Assembly: GCA_013239625.1 (NCBI GenBank)
Contig: MU054323.1
Span: 5,259,220-5,323,219, forward strand
Length of the DNA stretch: 64,000 nucleotides
DNA from: Lama guanicoe
Lineage: Eukaryota
Reading direction: 5' to 3'
In this document: piece by piece, positions 13,331-25,686 of the stretch
Layout of the letters: each line of letters starts with the position of its first letter
How positions within the stretch are numbered: position 1 is the stretch's first letter
Notes under the pieces: generated by a model
What the model was told of the DNA's origin: nothing
Databases searched by the model: none
The model's input: only the letters and a program-made list of their open reading frames with translations
Program-made: the position numbers and the translations under genes

Positions 13331-13713
13331 GGAGAGACCAAAGAAACAGGCAGGGAAGGACCAAGAAAGAGGCAGACCACTCCAGGTTGGCAGGTGGCAG
13401 ACTTAACAAGCAAGGAAACTAACATATGAGACTTGTCTTGGTGGCTACAAGATGAGTAGATCTCCACCCCTGCCCACTAGAGTCTTAAAAGTGCATAGAG
13501 AGGCCTGAACTGGGCTCAGTCATGTGTTCAGTCCAGATGGTCTAAACAACACCTGACTTTTTCAAGGCTGCATCCTTGAAACAGCTTCTAGAGTGGGAAT
13601 GGTGGGCAGAACACACATTCCAAGAACAGGGAATGGGGTAAGGAACCTCTGATTGCTTGGCTCCAGCTCACATGTCAACTAGCAGTCACATCTCTCCATG
13701 ACCTCCTCAAACA
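13325..13713 (-). repeat. Second (probable 5') LTR of the ERV
   Basis: TG...CA termini, homologous to 11324-11677. Confidence 0.82.
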
Positions 13714-15132
13714 CAAACACACACACACCCCTTCCCTTTCTGTTGTAATGACAGGGCACAGACGAGGCAGGCAGAGAGATTACTTAAAATCCACACAGGG
13801 ATTTGGGTGAAATGCATGGAGTAAGGGTGGGGCACAATTATAATGTCAGAGCCTCACAGTCAGGCGTCTGATCTCCAACCTTCAATCCAGACACCTCATC
13901 TTATCAAGGAACCTAGAGCTGAATAAACTTCGAGACATGAGTCAATTAACTAACGTCATAGTGAACTGACATAGAACACTAATGCCGTATCATTAATTAA
14001 TAATAAAGAAAGCTGCTAAGCAAGTCAGAATATTCTCATTGTCCTGTCAGTATACACTCTCACCGTCCTAAATAGGAACATAAGAAGTCAGGATACGCTC
14101 AGAATCTGGCAAGAGAAATGGGTGGCTTAATTTTGACGACAGTGGCATTGACCTACCAGTGGATTCATCCCCCCTGGATCATATACAGCTGGCTGTGGAA
14201 CCAGACACGTAAGCAGGTGCCTTCCCCTTGGAGTAATGAGAGAGGAACATAGGTAATTCTAGGCTCTCACACCAATTTTGTAAACTTCATGCAGTTCTGT
14301 CCTTATTGATTCACTCAGCCTCCTCTGCACATAATCATTGTGTTGGTCAAGCCTGTTTATGTGTGAATATTATTAGTTGAATCCTCCAAAAACAGACTTC
14401 CAAGTTCTAGGTATATTTAAATCCAATTCTCTGTGAACAAACCTCAGGATTCTATCAGAGAGAAGAAATATATTGAAGAACACATATTTAATTAATGATT
14501 TCCATTAATATATGTGAAAATGGAAGTCTCGTGAGAATGATTATTGGATATCTAGTTTAAAAATAATGCAAAGGGGCACATCCCATAGAAGTATTCTCAT
14601 GGCTGAAGATACATATTCCATGCTTGCTTGAAAAGGGGCTTTTGCCAAAACTTGAGAACTCCAAAGCTCCCTCGAGGGGTCCTCATACCAATCCCGCCAA
14701 TAGGTCTGGGGGACACTAACCTGACACAGGTTACAACGAGACTTCCTCCTTCCAGGCTGGGAATCAGTGGATGCGTTTTATCCTGTGAATTGATTAGAAG
14801 TCAACAGGAATGTGAGACCTAATTAAATATATAAGCAGAAATCACTTTTTAAAATTCTACAAGCCAATAAAACCTGCGGAGAGTAACACTGAAGACACCT
14901 ACATTGTTCAGTTCTTCCAGAAAAAAAGCAGTCAGTAAATCATTCAGATTATGGTCTAACACAAAGCATTTGAATATTTACGTCATTCATAGTAAGTGAC
15001 TGTCTGACATACCCCAATTGGACACTTTGTACATTCTAGATGCTGCATTATCATGCAAATATCCTTGGACACTGGGGAGCATCCTGACACAACAGTGTAC
15101 ATCTTATTTAAAATCAAGGCAGTAAAGTCTTG

Positions 15133-15228
15133 CAGGGTGTCCACTGCACAACTCCAGGAGGCACCATTTGCACAAACTATGAAAGGATTCTATAAATGGG
15201 GCCCTGGAAGTTATACCATGTGGCTGTC
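15133..15228. mobile_element. MER91-like hAT-Tip100 MITE
   Basis: caggg..cactgcacaactccaggaggcacca...ggggccctggaagtt; internal inverted symmetry. Confidence 0.55.
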
Positions 15229-15960
15229 TTAAGATATTCTGAATCCGATGAGAAAAGAAAAGAAATTTCATAAAGATTGGTAGGTGGCCACACTATAAAA
15301 ATAGAAAAAAAATTATAGTATAATTTTATTAACTGACTGATACTTCTGACAATTCACCTGGAATACCACACGTTACTAACCCCAAATTTCACAGGACACT
15401 AAGCCAGGAGAGGGTACCACAGAACCCATATTCTATCTGAGGACTCCTTTGTTTTCAATTACATTTTCCTACAGACACAACTGTTTTGTGTATTTTTGAA
15501 ATATCTTTGTTTTCTTTTCCATTCATATTTATAACCTTTACAGCTCTATTTATATGATTTGTATGTCTTCCCAAATATTCTTAACACCTTCCAATTTAAC
15601 ATCACTGGAAAAGGCATTATTGTGCTTTCAGCGCTGCTTCCTCATCATTAATAAAGACATTACATTTTTAAAAAAATCCACCCTTGTTAAGCACATTTTT
15701 GCAACTTCAAATTATATAAAACCTAAAACATGAGTAATTTGAAGACTTTGCCACGTGTTATTATTCTTTGCTTACCATCTTTTAGCTCATTTTCAGTTCT
15801 TGAGGCTGAATTTTTCTGGTTTGATTTGAATCAATTTTGCCTGTAAAATCTCACTGATGTTATATCAATTACTAGAAGGGTAGAATATAGGATGAGTGCT
15901 ATAACTTAATCCTCTCTATTCATCTCTGGATTTAGTTATTCTAACAAGAATGCTATTTAG

Positions 15961-15961
<1 letters not shown>

Positions 15962-16006
<45 letters not shown>

Positions 16007-16008
16007 AC
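15962..16008. repeat. (GT)n(GC)n compound microsatellite
   Basis: Seen directly. Confidence 0.95.
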
Positions 16009-16568
16009 AGTGAGGGATAGTGGCGTTGGGGGATGGAGTGTGCTTTTTAAAACATAAACAATTTACAAATATAGATTTACTATTCTGGGAGAGAGCAGAA
16101 TTAAAGTGACAAAGAAATGAGCTCTGGCTCTGACCATCATGTGAACTGACAGAAGGAAAAAGGTGCACATCACAACAGTATCCACCTTAGACCAAGGTAA
16201 GCATGGCCCTTGCCTCAGGGGGCTTGGTGCTTTGAAGCCTATTTCTCAAAATTTTCTAATTTCAGCTCTGGTCACACGCTGGTGCCTGGGACTAGCTGGA
16301 GTTGGCAGTGTCCGGGAGCAGAGTACCCTGAGTCCCGACCAGGACGCACGTGGGCCCCAATCTCTGTTTCCCTCCTTCACATCATTCTGCCATTTTCCCG
16401 CTTGTCTCTCACTCCACCTGGGGCCAACCAGTTGCACAGATGTGCTCAAGGGGTGGAGAATATGAGGTCATTCCAGGTCCGATGGTTGGACCCGAGACCC
16501 AGGAAGACGACACAAATTGTTCATACAGACAGGGGTCTTGAAAAAAAGAAGTATTTACCATACTCTAT

Positions 16569-16588
16569 GGTAACACTAGGGGGCGCTC
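16569..16588 (+). promoter_or_regulatory. Candidate CTCF site
   Basis: ACACTAGGGGGCGCTC closely matches the CCACYAGGGGGCGCT core. Confidence 0.5.
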
Positions 16589-16914
16589 TGTATTAGAGTG
16601 CTTAGATTAAAGGAAATTCTTGTTAGTCTCAGAAAAATTCTATACAAAAGAAAGTCATTATAAACTCTATCCAGAGAAGTTTTTTTTCTAAGATTTTAAA
16701 TGAATCTGGCTACAGAGTGTCTACACTTGGTTTGCAATCATAACATAATAAAGTCTTGACACTGTCTGGTTATATAAAAAGGCTCCTATACATTTTTCTT
16801 TTCTTTGAAGAAGTTTGTAAAATGACCACACATTTGATACCTAATAAGCAAGTCCAAGGGTAGATGTGGTTAATGTCTACAATCAGTTGACTTTAAAAGA
16901 ACATTTTAGAGGAC

Positions 16915-17189
16915 ATACTCCTCAATAGTGTGGGTGTGTCTATTCCAAGCAGCTGAAGGACATCGAAAGCAAGACTGAGATTTACTTAAGACAGAAGAAA
17001 TTCCAGCTCTGCACTGCAGCAGCAGCTGGTGTCTGAGGGTTTCCAGCCTCCCACCTGCCCTACAGATTTTGGACTTGTCAGCCCTCATAACCATGTAGGC
17101 CAGTTTACTGAAATCTGTATCTGCCTACCTACCTGTCCATCTATCCAAACTACTGGTTCTGTTTCTCTGGTAGGAGCCTAATTGATACA
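16915..17189 (+). mobile_element. MLT2 (ERVL LTR) 3' part
   Basis: tttccagcct..ctgccctacagattttggacttg.cagcc..ctggttctgtttctctgg..gcctaa.tgataca. Confidence 0.8.
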
Positions 17190-19447
17190 GGACAAGTTTC
17201 TCTCTCCAAGATGCTCAAGTACCTTTCTTGACATTGAGTCTCCTTGGGCCAATGTGGAAGGAAGCCCTACCTTCACTCAGCCAATCGCTGTGCTCAGAGG
17301 AACTGGAACACACCGATCGGCCCGATCAGCTGGGTCACAAGCCCACCCCTAGACCCAGGTTAAGTCATCTCCCTCAAGAGCACAAACAGAGAATGAGAAA
17401 CAACTCAGCAAAGAAAACGTGCATCCTTTTACAGGGGGAAGTGATGCTGGACAGGTGTTCACACCAAAGGTCCAACAGTAAGGACCTTACACACTTGCTC
17501 TGTCTCAAAACTGGCATTAATAGGTGCCAAGCAGATTCATGTTGATAAAACTTCTGAATGTTTTCAGATCTTACCAACCTGGATTATATGTTCCGGCAGG
17601 AGTCAAAATTTCCTCCTAGAATGTAATTCACTCATATATCAGGTAACTTGAAGTGGATATACCAGGGTCTTTAAATGAAGCCCTTGAACATCTTTTTTTC
17701 CAGCAGACCAGTATAGAGCCATGACAGTTGAAGTTCATCTCCAGTTCTGCTGCCATCTCTTTTGCAGTGTCTGGCTATTTGTCCTGTTTCCCTCGTTGCC
17801 ACCTTGACATCTGGCATCTTATATCTGCACTGTTTCTCTTGTTTCTTGAATCTCTTAAGACTAGCAGCCGGCAAATTAGCATTTAATTGGCGGGCTTGAT
17901 TCTGATCACAGTGGAGTTACACTAGTTAGGAAATGAAGAACTGGGCTCAGGGGTGAAGGAGGAAGGCCCCAGCATGGCCTGAGGATCCACCTGGGCTTGA
18001 CTTCAGCATTGATGACACTGTTACCATCAAGGCAGTGTCATCCCAGAAGTCAAGAGGCTTCCCAGGCAGTGTATCCCAAGGGTCAAGTTTTATCAAGGAG
18101 AGAGGTCACGACAGCTGCAGCAACCCCAAATGTCTCGAGTCCTGAGTAGGCTGGGCTTGAGATGGACGCTGTGCAGTGGGTCAGGTTGGTTGTGGAAAAA
18201 CTGGCATTCTGGGTAAAGACAGAATGATCAAAGATACCACTGAAAATAATCTCCTGTGTGGGACTGTGAGGTGCTCAGCCTGGCTAGGAAAGTGGGTATA
18301 TTCTAAAACAGAGAGATGAGTATGGAAGGAGAGGCTGTCGCCAAACCGTGAAGAGCTCTGGCTGTCATTGGCTGTCACTCATAATAATACAAGCTGGGAA
18401 AGAGGAACACCTTTTTTACCCAGGAAGGAACATGATAAAACAGATGTTTTAAGAAGAATTGTTCGGTGTCTCTGTTACAGAGACAGGCTGCAACCAGGAG
18501 GAGCTGCAAAACATTGTAACAAATGCAGCTTGAAATCGAAACAAATAGTCGGTACCATTCATTGGGGATTTGTGCTACCTTGCAGTGCTCAAAGAATCCT
18601 TTCAAAAATATGGGATTATAATGGAAAAGTAATGGGAAAATTGAAATATATTATGAAAGCATCAGAAGCATGCACAGATTTTCGGCGCAGTAATGCTGGT
18701 GCAGTTATATGTATTGATTCCTCATTCAAATACAATTAAGCTTTGAAATCAACGGCATATGGATTCAGACAGTTGAAAATGATATATTTCTTCAGTGCTT
18801 AATAGATGTCCAAACTGTGTCTAGGAATGACAGAAAAGTGAGTAAATTGCTCTCCTTTAACTTTAGGCTAAATTAACTCTTTCTGGTTCAGTCTTCATTT
18901 GCATTGTTCTTTACAGTTTTCACAGCATTTTCACACGGTTAATCTCTTTGGTCCTTTATAGTACCCCATTTTACCAACAAGAAAAATGAAGTCCAGAGAT
19001 GGTAAATCATTTATCGCATGTGCCAAATGTGACTTAGTGGCAGAGCTAGATTAGAGCTTGGACCTAGACAACATTCAGCACAGAATGGGCCATTAGTCTG
19101 GCAGGTAACAGGGTGAAGCAAATCAAGACAAAGGTAACCCGTTCCAGAGAGACTGATGATGAGTGCCTGAACCGAGGGAGAGCACGGAACTGTAGAAATG
19201 GGTAGAAGTGACTACTCAGACTCTACCTCATTTTTTCCCAAATTCTATATACTCTACGACCAAAAAAGATAGACAAGCTGAAGTCTCCCAGGAGTGGAAG
19301 CTTTGCTTTGCTCACCCAGCACCAAGGCAGATTCCGTGGGTCAGTGCTCCCCACCTGGAGTCTCCATCATCCAACATGGTACAGAGGAGCCCAGTGCAGC
19401 AGACTGTCTGGCTCTCATCCCATTTTGGTGGGGAGGGGTGACCTCAC

Positions 19448-19591
19448 CTTGTGTGGTACCAGATAATTAGGCCTTCTGCCATGGTTGTGTGGGTGAGGCA
19501 TCCGGCTGACGGCTGAACAGGCTCGCATCCAATCTGTGTCCTTCTCCCCGAGCCAGGATTGCCCTGGTACACGGCTGTGTCCACCCTTCTT
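19448..19591 (-). pseudogene. Candidate exon, 144 nt symmetric
   Basis: Acceptor gcttctttgtgctctgtag|A, donor AAG|gtgagg; two frames fully open, the third has one stop. Confidence 0.5.
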
Positions 19592-19919
19592 CTACAGAGC
19601 ACAAAGAAGCTTTAACAATGGCCCCAAAGTGGCCCTGATATAAGGCAATTCCTGTAAAAGCTTTGGCCATAGTCTACCATGGAGCTGGGCTCCAGTGTGT
19701 TCTATCATGTGTAAGCGCTCTGTGAGCAAAAGAGAATAAATGTTAATCAAACGGGTCGAGCAATGACTCAAATTTATCAAAATACGTGTTATCCTTTTAG
19801 AAAAACATGTACTCATTTTACTGAAGAATCTAAAAGTGCGTGGGGGAAAGACATTTGTATGACACAGAGACCCAATGCGAAGACGAAGAGAAGAGGATGA
19901 AATAGCTCCATGTCCTTAC

Positions 19920-19945
19920 CAACTTTCTTCCCATCCTGGGTGAGG
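19920..19945 (-). pseudogene. Candidate micro-exon (LTQDGKKV)
   Basis: Acceptor ctgtttcactag|C, donor TTG|gtaagg; 26 nt. Confidence 0.35.
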
Positions 19946-20864
19946 CTAGTGAAACAGTTTACAGCTTCTAGAATCTAAGTGAATTCCAGCTTGTCCTTCC
20001 AGCTGCCCTTCTGAAACTGCCTCCTCCAATTTGTGCCCCACACTCAAACCCCCTCTCTCCTCCCTGTCACTTTGTACCAGCGAACTGTCAACTCTGGCGT
20101 CATTCTCGGAGACTGCTTAATGGCTTACATTTGGACCAACATCTCCAGCCTACATGGCATCTCTACTCCTTTCCTGCACCCAGCCTCTGCTCCCAGAATC
20201 CTCACAAATCCTCGGGGCGGGGAGGCATACTCTGAACACTGTAACACCAGAGGCAACTAGACTGGACCCAGATTAAATGTCTAAAGGTGTGTTTTGAGCC
20301 ATATATATTTCAGACTTGAAAAAAGTGAAAGGCTGCCATCATGGGACCAAGGTAATTCATATAAAGGGACAGGGGCAGTAGAATATTTCAGAGGAAAAGC
20401 TCCCCATCAAACTAAAGCCCTCCCTTCATCATCTCCCTTGTGAGACTTGGCCATCAGGGTGTGTGGACGATGAACAGCAATTATCTGAATGAGTGTGCAT
20501 AGTTAGTGGGAGTCAATAAATGTCCACTCCGGTACACACTGTCAGTTGCAATTTGCATCAACCCTCCTTCCTCATTGCAGGCTGATCTAGGTTGAGAGGG
20601 AAGGAGAGGCGTTGAAATATCCAGGCTTCATTAGTTAGCGTTTGAATGGAAGATGCTAGGAGCCAAGGGCAAGAGGTACACGAATGCAAGTCAAGAAATC
20701 AATGAAGCAGACTTCAGGACAGATGCTTGGGATGCTCTGACTTAATTCTGGGGAAAGGTAGTCAGGCTTAAAGCTAAATTTTAAAGAGCAGAATATAGAT
20801 TTTCCCACTCCTTTGGTGCCTTGCCAGACATGTGAGCTCAGGTGACAATAATAGCAAAGCAACA

Positions 20865-21090
20865 CTCGTTACATCCCAGGTTCTGTTTCAAATGCTTGAC
20901 ATGCTTTAACTAATTTAATTTCCATATCCTAAAAGGGAGGTACTACGATTGTCATCCCCATTTTGCAGATTTGAAAACTGTGGTACAAAGTGGTTAAGTA
21001 CATTTGTCCAAGGTCACCTTGCAAGTAAGTGGCAAAGTTGGTACTTGGCTCTAAAGCGTATGGTATTAACTACTTATTACACTACCCTAC
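20865..21090 (-). mobile_element. MIR SINE
   Basis: tcatccccattttgcagatttgaaaactgtgg.acaaagtggttaagt.catttgtccaaggtcac. Confidence 0.8.
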
Positions 21091-21248
21091 ATTCCCGAAT
21101 TAGGACGGCACATCTTTCTTCTTTAAAATCATGAGAAATATATCAGAGACCATGAAAGCTAACAAAATGAGAGCTCCAAAAACCTGCCACGTGGAAATCA
21201 AAGTAGACAAAAGTTAGTCTTAACTGTGGAGAATGGCCTGAGGAATAC

Positions 21249-21448
21249 CGCCCCTCAGTGGTAACATTTATTGTCCTTGCTGTGTCCTTCTGCCTGGAGT
21301 AGCATCACTGATTCCTTGTCCATGTTAATCCTCATAATCTGCGCTTTTCTTTTACATTTTAGTTGATCCCAGCATGGGTTATAAGGTTCATCCATCCTAA
21401 TAACATCTCCTTATTCAGAATGGCCCTGGCTTCAGGAAAGATGAGATT
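21249..21448 (-). pseudogene. Candidate exon (NLIFPEARAILNKEMLLGWMNL... / AQIMRINMDKESVMLLQAEG)
   Basis: Strong acceptor tctcttttaccctgcccacccatttcag|A; donor GCG|gtattc. Confidence 0.45.
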
Positions 21449-22253
21449 CTGAAATGGGTGGGCAGGGTAAAAGAGATTGGGAGAAAGACTTGGAAGGGAA
21501 GACCCTGGTTACAAAGACTGTAAAAGAAAGAAGGTGGGAGCTTTAAAAAAAAAAATGGAGTCACGATACTCTGAATCCAGAAATAAATTGACTTGAACCC
21601 TGAAAAGCATAGAATGAATCCCCAGATTGAGAAATAGTGATATCCGTGTTTCAAATGCAAAGGAGAAAGGGTGTGAGTGGAATGGATTTCCATAATTAGT
21701 ATTTTTTAATTTACTTTAAATGCTAAGGAAATAGGCAAAATAAATGATTATCATGGATACATGCCATTGTCCTCCATATTCCATAGGTCAGGAAACTGCA
21801 GTCCAGAGACTTGAAGTGACTTGTCCAGAGGCACTCAGCTAGGGAGTGGCAGAGCCCCAAAGTGTACTCTGGCAGCACAACCCCAGTCCATCCTTTTAAC
21901 ATCTACAATGTACTCCTTTTATGTGAAGCAGGTGGGCGAAATGCTGGCCAAGTCCAGTCCATAAACTGTGACTGGGGCCACAGTACTGTATTTGGTTCAG
22001 GGTAAACTCAACACAATTGAAAGACAGCAACCCTTTCCAATTCAACGAACACATGCTCCCGTGTCTCAGCATTTTGTTCATACTCCCGGGAAAACAAATG
22101 GAGGCTCAGCCCTCAGTGCAGGAGGCACTTGGCATCTCAGAGCATGGGAGGAAACAGAGAAGCGTTTTTGTACAAAGCCACATGTCCTAAGCTCAGTTAG
22201 AGGAATGTGTGTAACGTCCAGGGGATTTATGCTGGATTAAAAGGACAGGTCGG

Positions 22254-22413
22254 GGGGAGGTTACAGCTCAGTGGTAGAGCACACGCCTAGCATGCACGAG
22301 GTCTAGGGTTCGATCCCCAGTACATCCGTTAAGTAAAAAAGAAACAATAAAAATAAATAAACCTAATTATCCCCCCAAAACAAAACACAAACAAACAAAC
22401 AAACAAACAGACA
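22254..22413 (+). mobile_element. Camelid tRNA-Ala-derived SINE (Vic-1-like) with A-rich/(CAAA)n tail
   Basis: GGGGAGG.TACAGCTCAGTGGTAGAGC (A box), GGTTCGATCCC (B box), aataaataaacctaatta.cccc tail; TSD gacaggtc at 22244-22251 and 22414-22421; TT/AAAA site upstream. Confidence 0.88.
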
Positions 22414-24212
22414 GACAGGTCAGGGGAGGGTGACTGGGTAAGGAGCATTTCTGGCAAAGGGAGAAGATCAAAGACCCAGGGGAGTGCCTGTGGCTGGATG
22501 TGTGCAGGAATCACTGTTCTGGCTGGGACATCAAGGCAAGAAGGGAGATGCCAGATGTGAGTGCAGATTATGTTTGGTTTGCATTCCTGGCTGAGAAGTC
22601 TCTGATTCTGGAAGGAACATCTTTTGCATGAAGGGTTGACAGGACACCTAAAGATATATCAAAAAGGAGAAATGGTTATAAGTGAAAGATGTAGACACAT
22701 TTCAAAACTCATCAGGAGGAATAAAGGCGAGAAAGCCATGAATATAAATACATTGACTGTGTAGTGAAAGGCAGGTATCTCTGTGCTATTGCATCTTTTA
22801 AGAAGTCATCACTTGGGTAGATGCATAGAAATTTAATACAAATGAATATACACAGGTGAGTAAAAGTCATGTAATGAGAAAGGAACAAAATTGAGAGGCC
22901 AGTCCAAGATATGTATGGGGAGAAGGCTTCAGGTCAGAATTCAGATCAGTAGAGAAGCTAAAAGTATGCAGTTTTATTCAGCAGAAAAACTCCAATCTCC
23001 AAGTGCAAGTCTCCTACCACAGCTATTAGAAGAACCCCTGAAGGATCACTCATGCGAAAAGTGTTTCATCGCCATTGTTATCAGGCTCATAAGTTTGCAC
23101 AGCCAGATAAGTAGACACGCTCCATTGCATCTTGTGAATATCATACTTTTTGTTCAAATAACACATTGAAATCCTAGGACTATGTCATTTACCCTACCAT
23201 ATATTTTTTTTACTCAATTTAAAAATACAACAAAAAAGATATGCATAATGGCAAAGCAACCACTCCCAAAGATTGAAATTTAGTTTAAAAATGGAAATCG
23301 GGAGGTACCCAATGTGTAGAGTTGATAGCCACCACGCGATGTGGAATGCATAATAATTTGGAATTACATAGTCACAAAATGATCGTTTTGTAGAGTGTTC
23401 TTTTTTTCTTCACCAAGGTGAGGTAAAATCAATAAATTCACACCCCTTTGTTAGACGATTTGGAGATATATGCAAAGCAGAAAACATATGTTTTTGCCTT
23501 CAAGGACTTTATAGCTTTATTGGAAAAATGAGTCTTACACTGTGGACCTGTAAGTAGCACCTGTATTGAGAAAGAGAGAGAAGGATTTGTAGTCTCCACA
23601 GTTTCACAGAATTATTTACTTACAGGGTAAATCTGTACATCTAAAATGCTTTAAAAATAACTTCATTCAATAAAGAATTTTCCCTGCATACATGTATTTT
23701 TTGAGTGTCTGGTATGTCCCAGATACTGGAGAAACAGAGAAGACTAAGAATGTTTTTTTGCCCTTGAACAGTTCATCAAGCAAAAACGATGAAACATAAA
23801 CAATCTGAGTACCACATAAAGCTACATGTAATGGGGGGGGGGATGAACCATGTGCTCAGTAACACAAAGGAGGGGTGACTACCTCTCTCTTTTCCCTTGT
23901 ACAGTTTTATTACTCAAAAAAGTTCCTTCCACGGAGACAGATGCCAGGACACTTCTATCTAACTTTTGCTGCCATGATCCCAAAATCCAGATTTGAGATG
24001 TAGCCCCACTGAATATATTTGGATGAACAATGTATCTAGTACTTGTCCTATTAACTTTAGCCTAATATGTATTAGAGGATAAGGATCATGTTCAGTTTCA
24101 ATTTAATTCCTGCATAATTCCGATGACCATCAGACATGATGATTTATCTAAACATAATAGCACAGAGGAAAGTCAAAGCCTGGAGTCTTCAGTCTTAGAT
24201 TCTTCTAGTAGT

Positions 24213-24361
24213 GAGGGTTGGGAACAGGAGGAGGTAAGCAAGGCAGCCTCGGTGCAAAATTTAAGGAAGCACTCACTCTCCCTTGGTTAATCCTGACAGC
24301 GAGCACCTCCTTAAAATGTGTGCCCTAGGCACCCAGCTGGCTTCACCCTAGTCTCAGCCCA
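24213..24361. mobile_element. MER96-like hAT-Tip100 MITE
   Basis: Inverted ends aggg.tggga..agg / ccctagtctcagccc; gcaaaatttaagg..ccttaaaatgtg internal palindrome. Confidence 0.65.
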
Positions 24362-24557
24362 AGTGACCCATTTAAAAGGAGACTGAAGTAGAAGGGAATG
24401 TCGTTAGAAGAAGCCCACAGCAGCCAGAGAAATGGACCCAGACCATCTGTAGCAGGAAGGCCTTTCTCTGCGCCACATTACCCCTTTCGGAATAGCCCAG
24501 CAAGCCTCAGTGATTTCCTGAAGCAGACACAAGGCTCAGAATACATATTGGGTCTCC

Positions 24558-25541
24558 TTTTTTTTTCCTTCCAGTCTGAGATACAAGTGACACGTAGCAC
24601 TGTATAAGGGTGCACAGCATAAGGATCTGACTTACATACATCATGAAATGATTACCGCAATTAGTTAAGTGAACGTCATCTCAGATAGATATAAAATTAA
24701 AGATATAGAGAAAAATATTTTCCCCTTGTGATGAGCACTCCCAGGATTTACTCTTCACAACCTTCATATATAAGGTACATCAGTGCTATTTATATTTGTC
24801 CTGTACATCACCTCTCTACTTATTATTTACCTTGTAATTGGAGGTTTGTACCTTTTAACTGCCTTCTTCCAACTCCCCTGCCCCCACTGCCCCCTCCCCC
24901 ATGTCTGGTAACCACAAATCTGATCTCTTTTTCTATCAGTTTGTCTGCTTTTGAAGTATAATTGACCTACAACAATATGTTAGTTCCTAGTGCACAACAC
25001 AGGGATTTGATACCTCTGTACATTTCAAAACGATCGACATGGTAAGTCTAGTTACAATTTGCCACCATACGAAGACATCACATAATTGCTGACTATATTC
25101 CCCACAATGTACATTCAGACTCGTAACTTATTTATTTTGCAACTGGAAGTTTATGCTTCTTAATCTCCCTCACCCACTTCTCCCCTCCCTCTAGCTCCCT
25201 CCCCTCTGGAAACTATCTGTTTTCTGTATCTATGATTCTGTTTCTGTTCATTTGTTTTGTATTTTAGATTCCACATGTAAGTGACAACATATAGTATTTG
25301 TCTTTCTCTGTTTGACTTATTTCATTTAGCATAATACATTCCAGGTCCATGTTGTCGCAAATGGTAAGATTGTTTTATGGCTAAGGAAAATTTAAAATAA
25401 TTTAAATTTAAAAAAATTAAAAATAGAACTTCCACTCCTCGGTATTTATTCAAAGAAAAAGAAAACACTAATTCAAAAAGATATATGTACCTCTATGTTC
25501 TTTGCAGCATTATTTACAATTGCCAAGATTTGGAAGCAATC
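24558..25541 (-). mobile_element. L1 (L1MA9-like) 3' end with a 5' inverted segment
   Basis: Antisense 3' UTR at 24558-25382 followed by a sense ORF2-end segment at about 25405-25541. Confidence 0.82.
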
Positions 25542-25686
25542 TCTTTCTTCCTTTGGGAGAGCTTGGTCAAAGTCACCTTTGAGCCAGTCACTGAGTTGGC
25601 TATAAGCAATGAAAGACATCTCAAAATGATCTGAGTGACTTTTGAGTAAATCTTCATGCACTCTGTTTTAAAATGTACTTGGCATT

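Larger units (their letters stand above)
11324..13713 (-). mobile_element. Internally deleted class III endogenous retrovirus (MER74/MER54/HERVL74-like group) with two LTRs
   Basis: Diverged direct repeats at 11324-11677 and 13325-13713; polypurine tract at 11678-11694 on the minus strand; RNase H, integrase and env remnants between the LTRs. Confidence 0.88.

Noticed and set aside
22254..22326. tRNA-Ala-like gene
   Set aside because: Imperfect stems plus a SINE tail and TSD; it is a SINE head, not a tRNA gene
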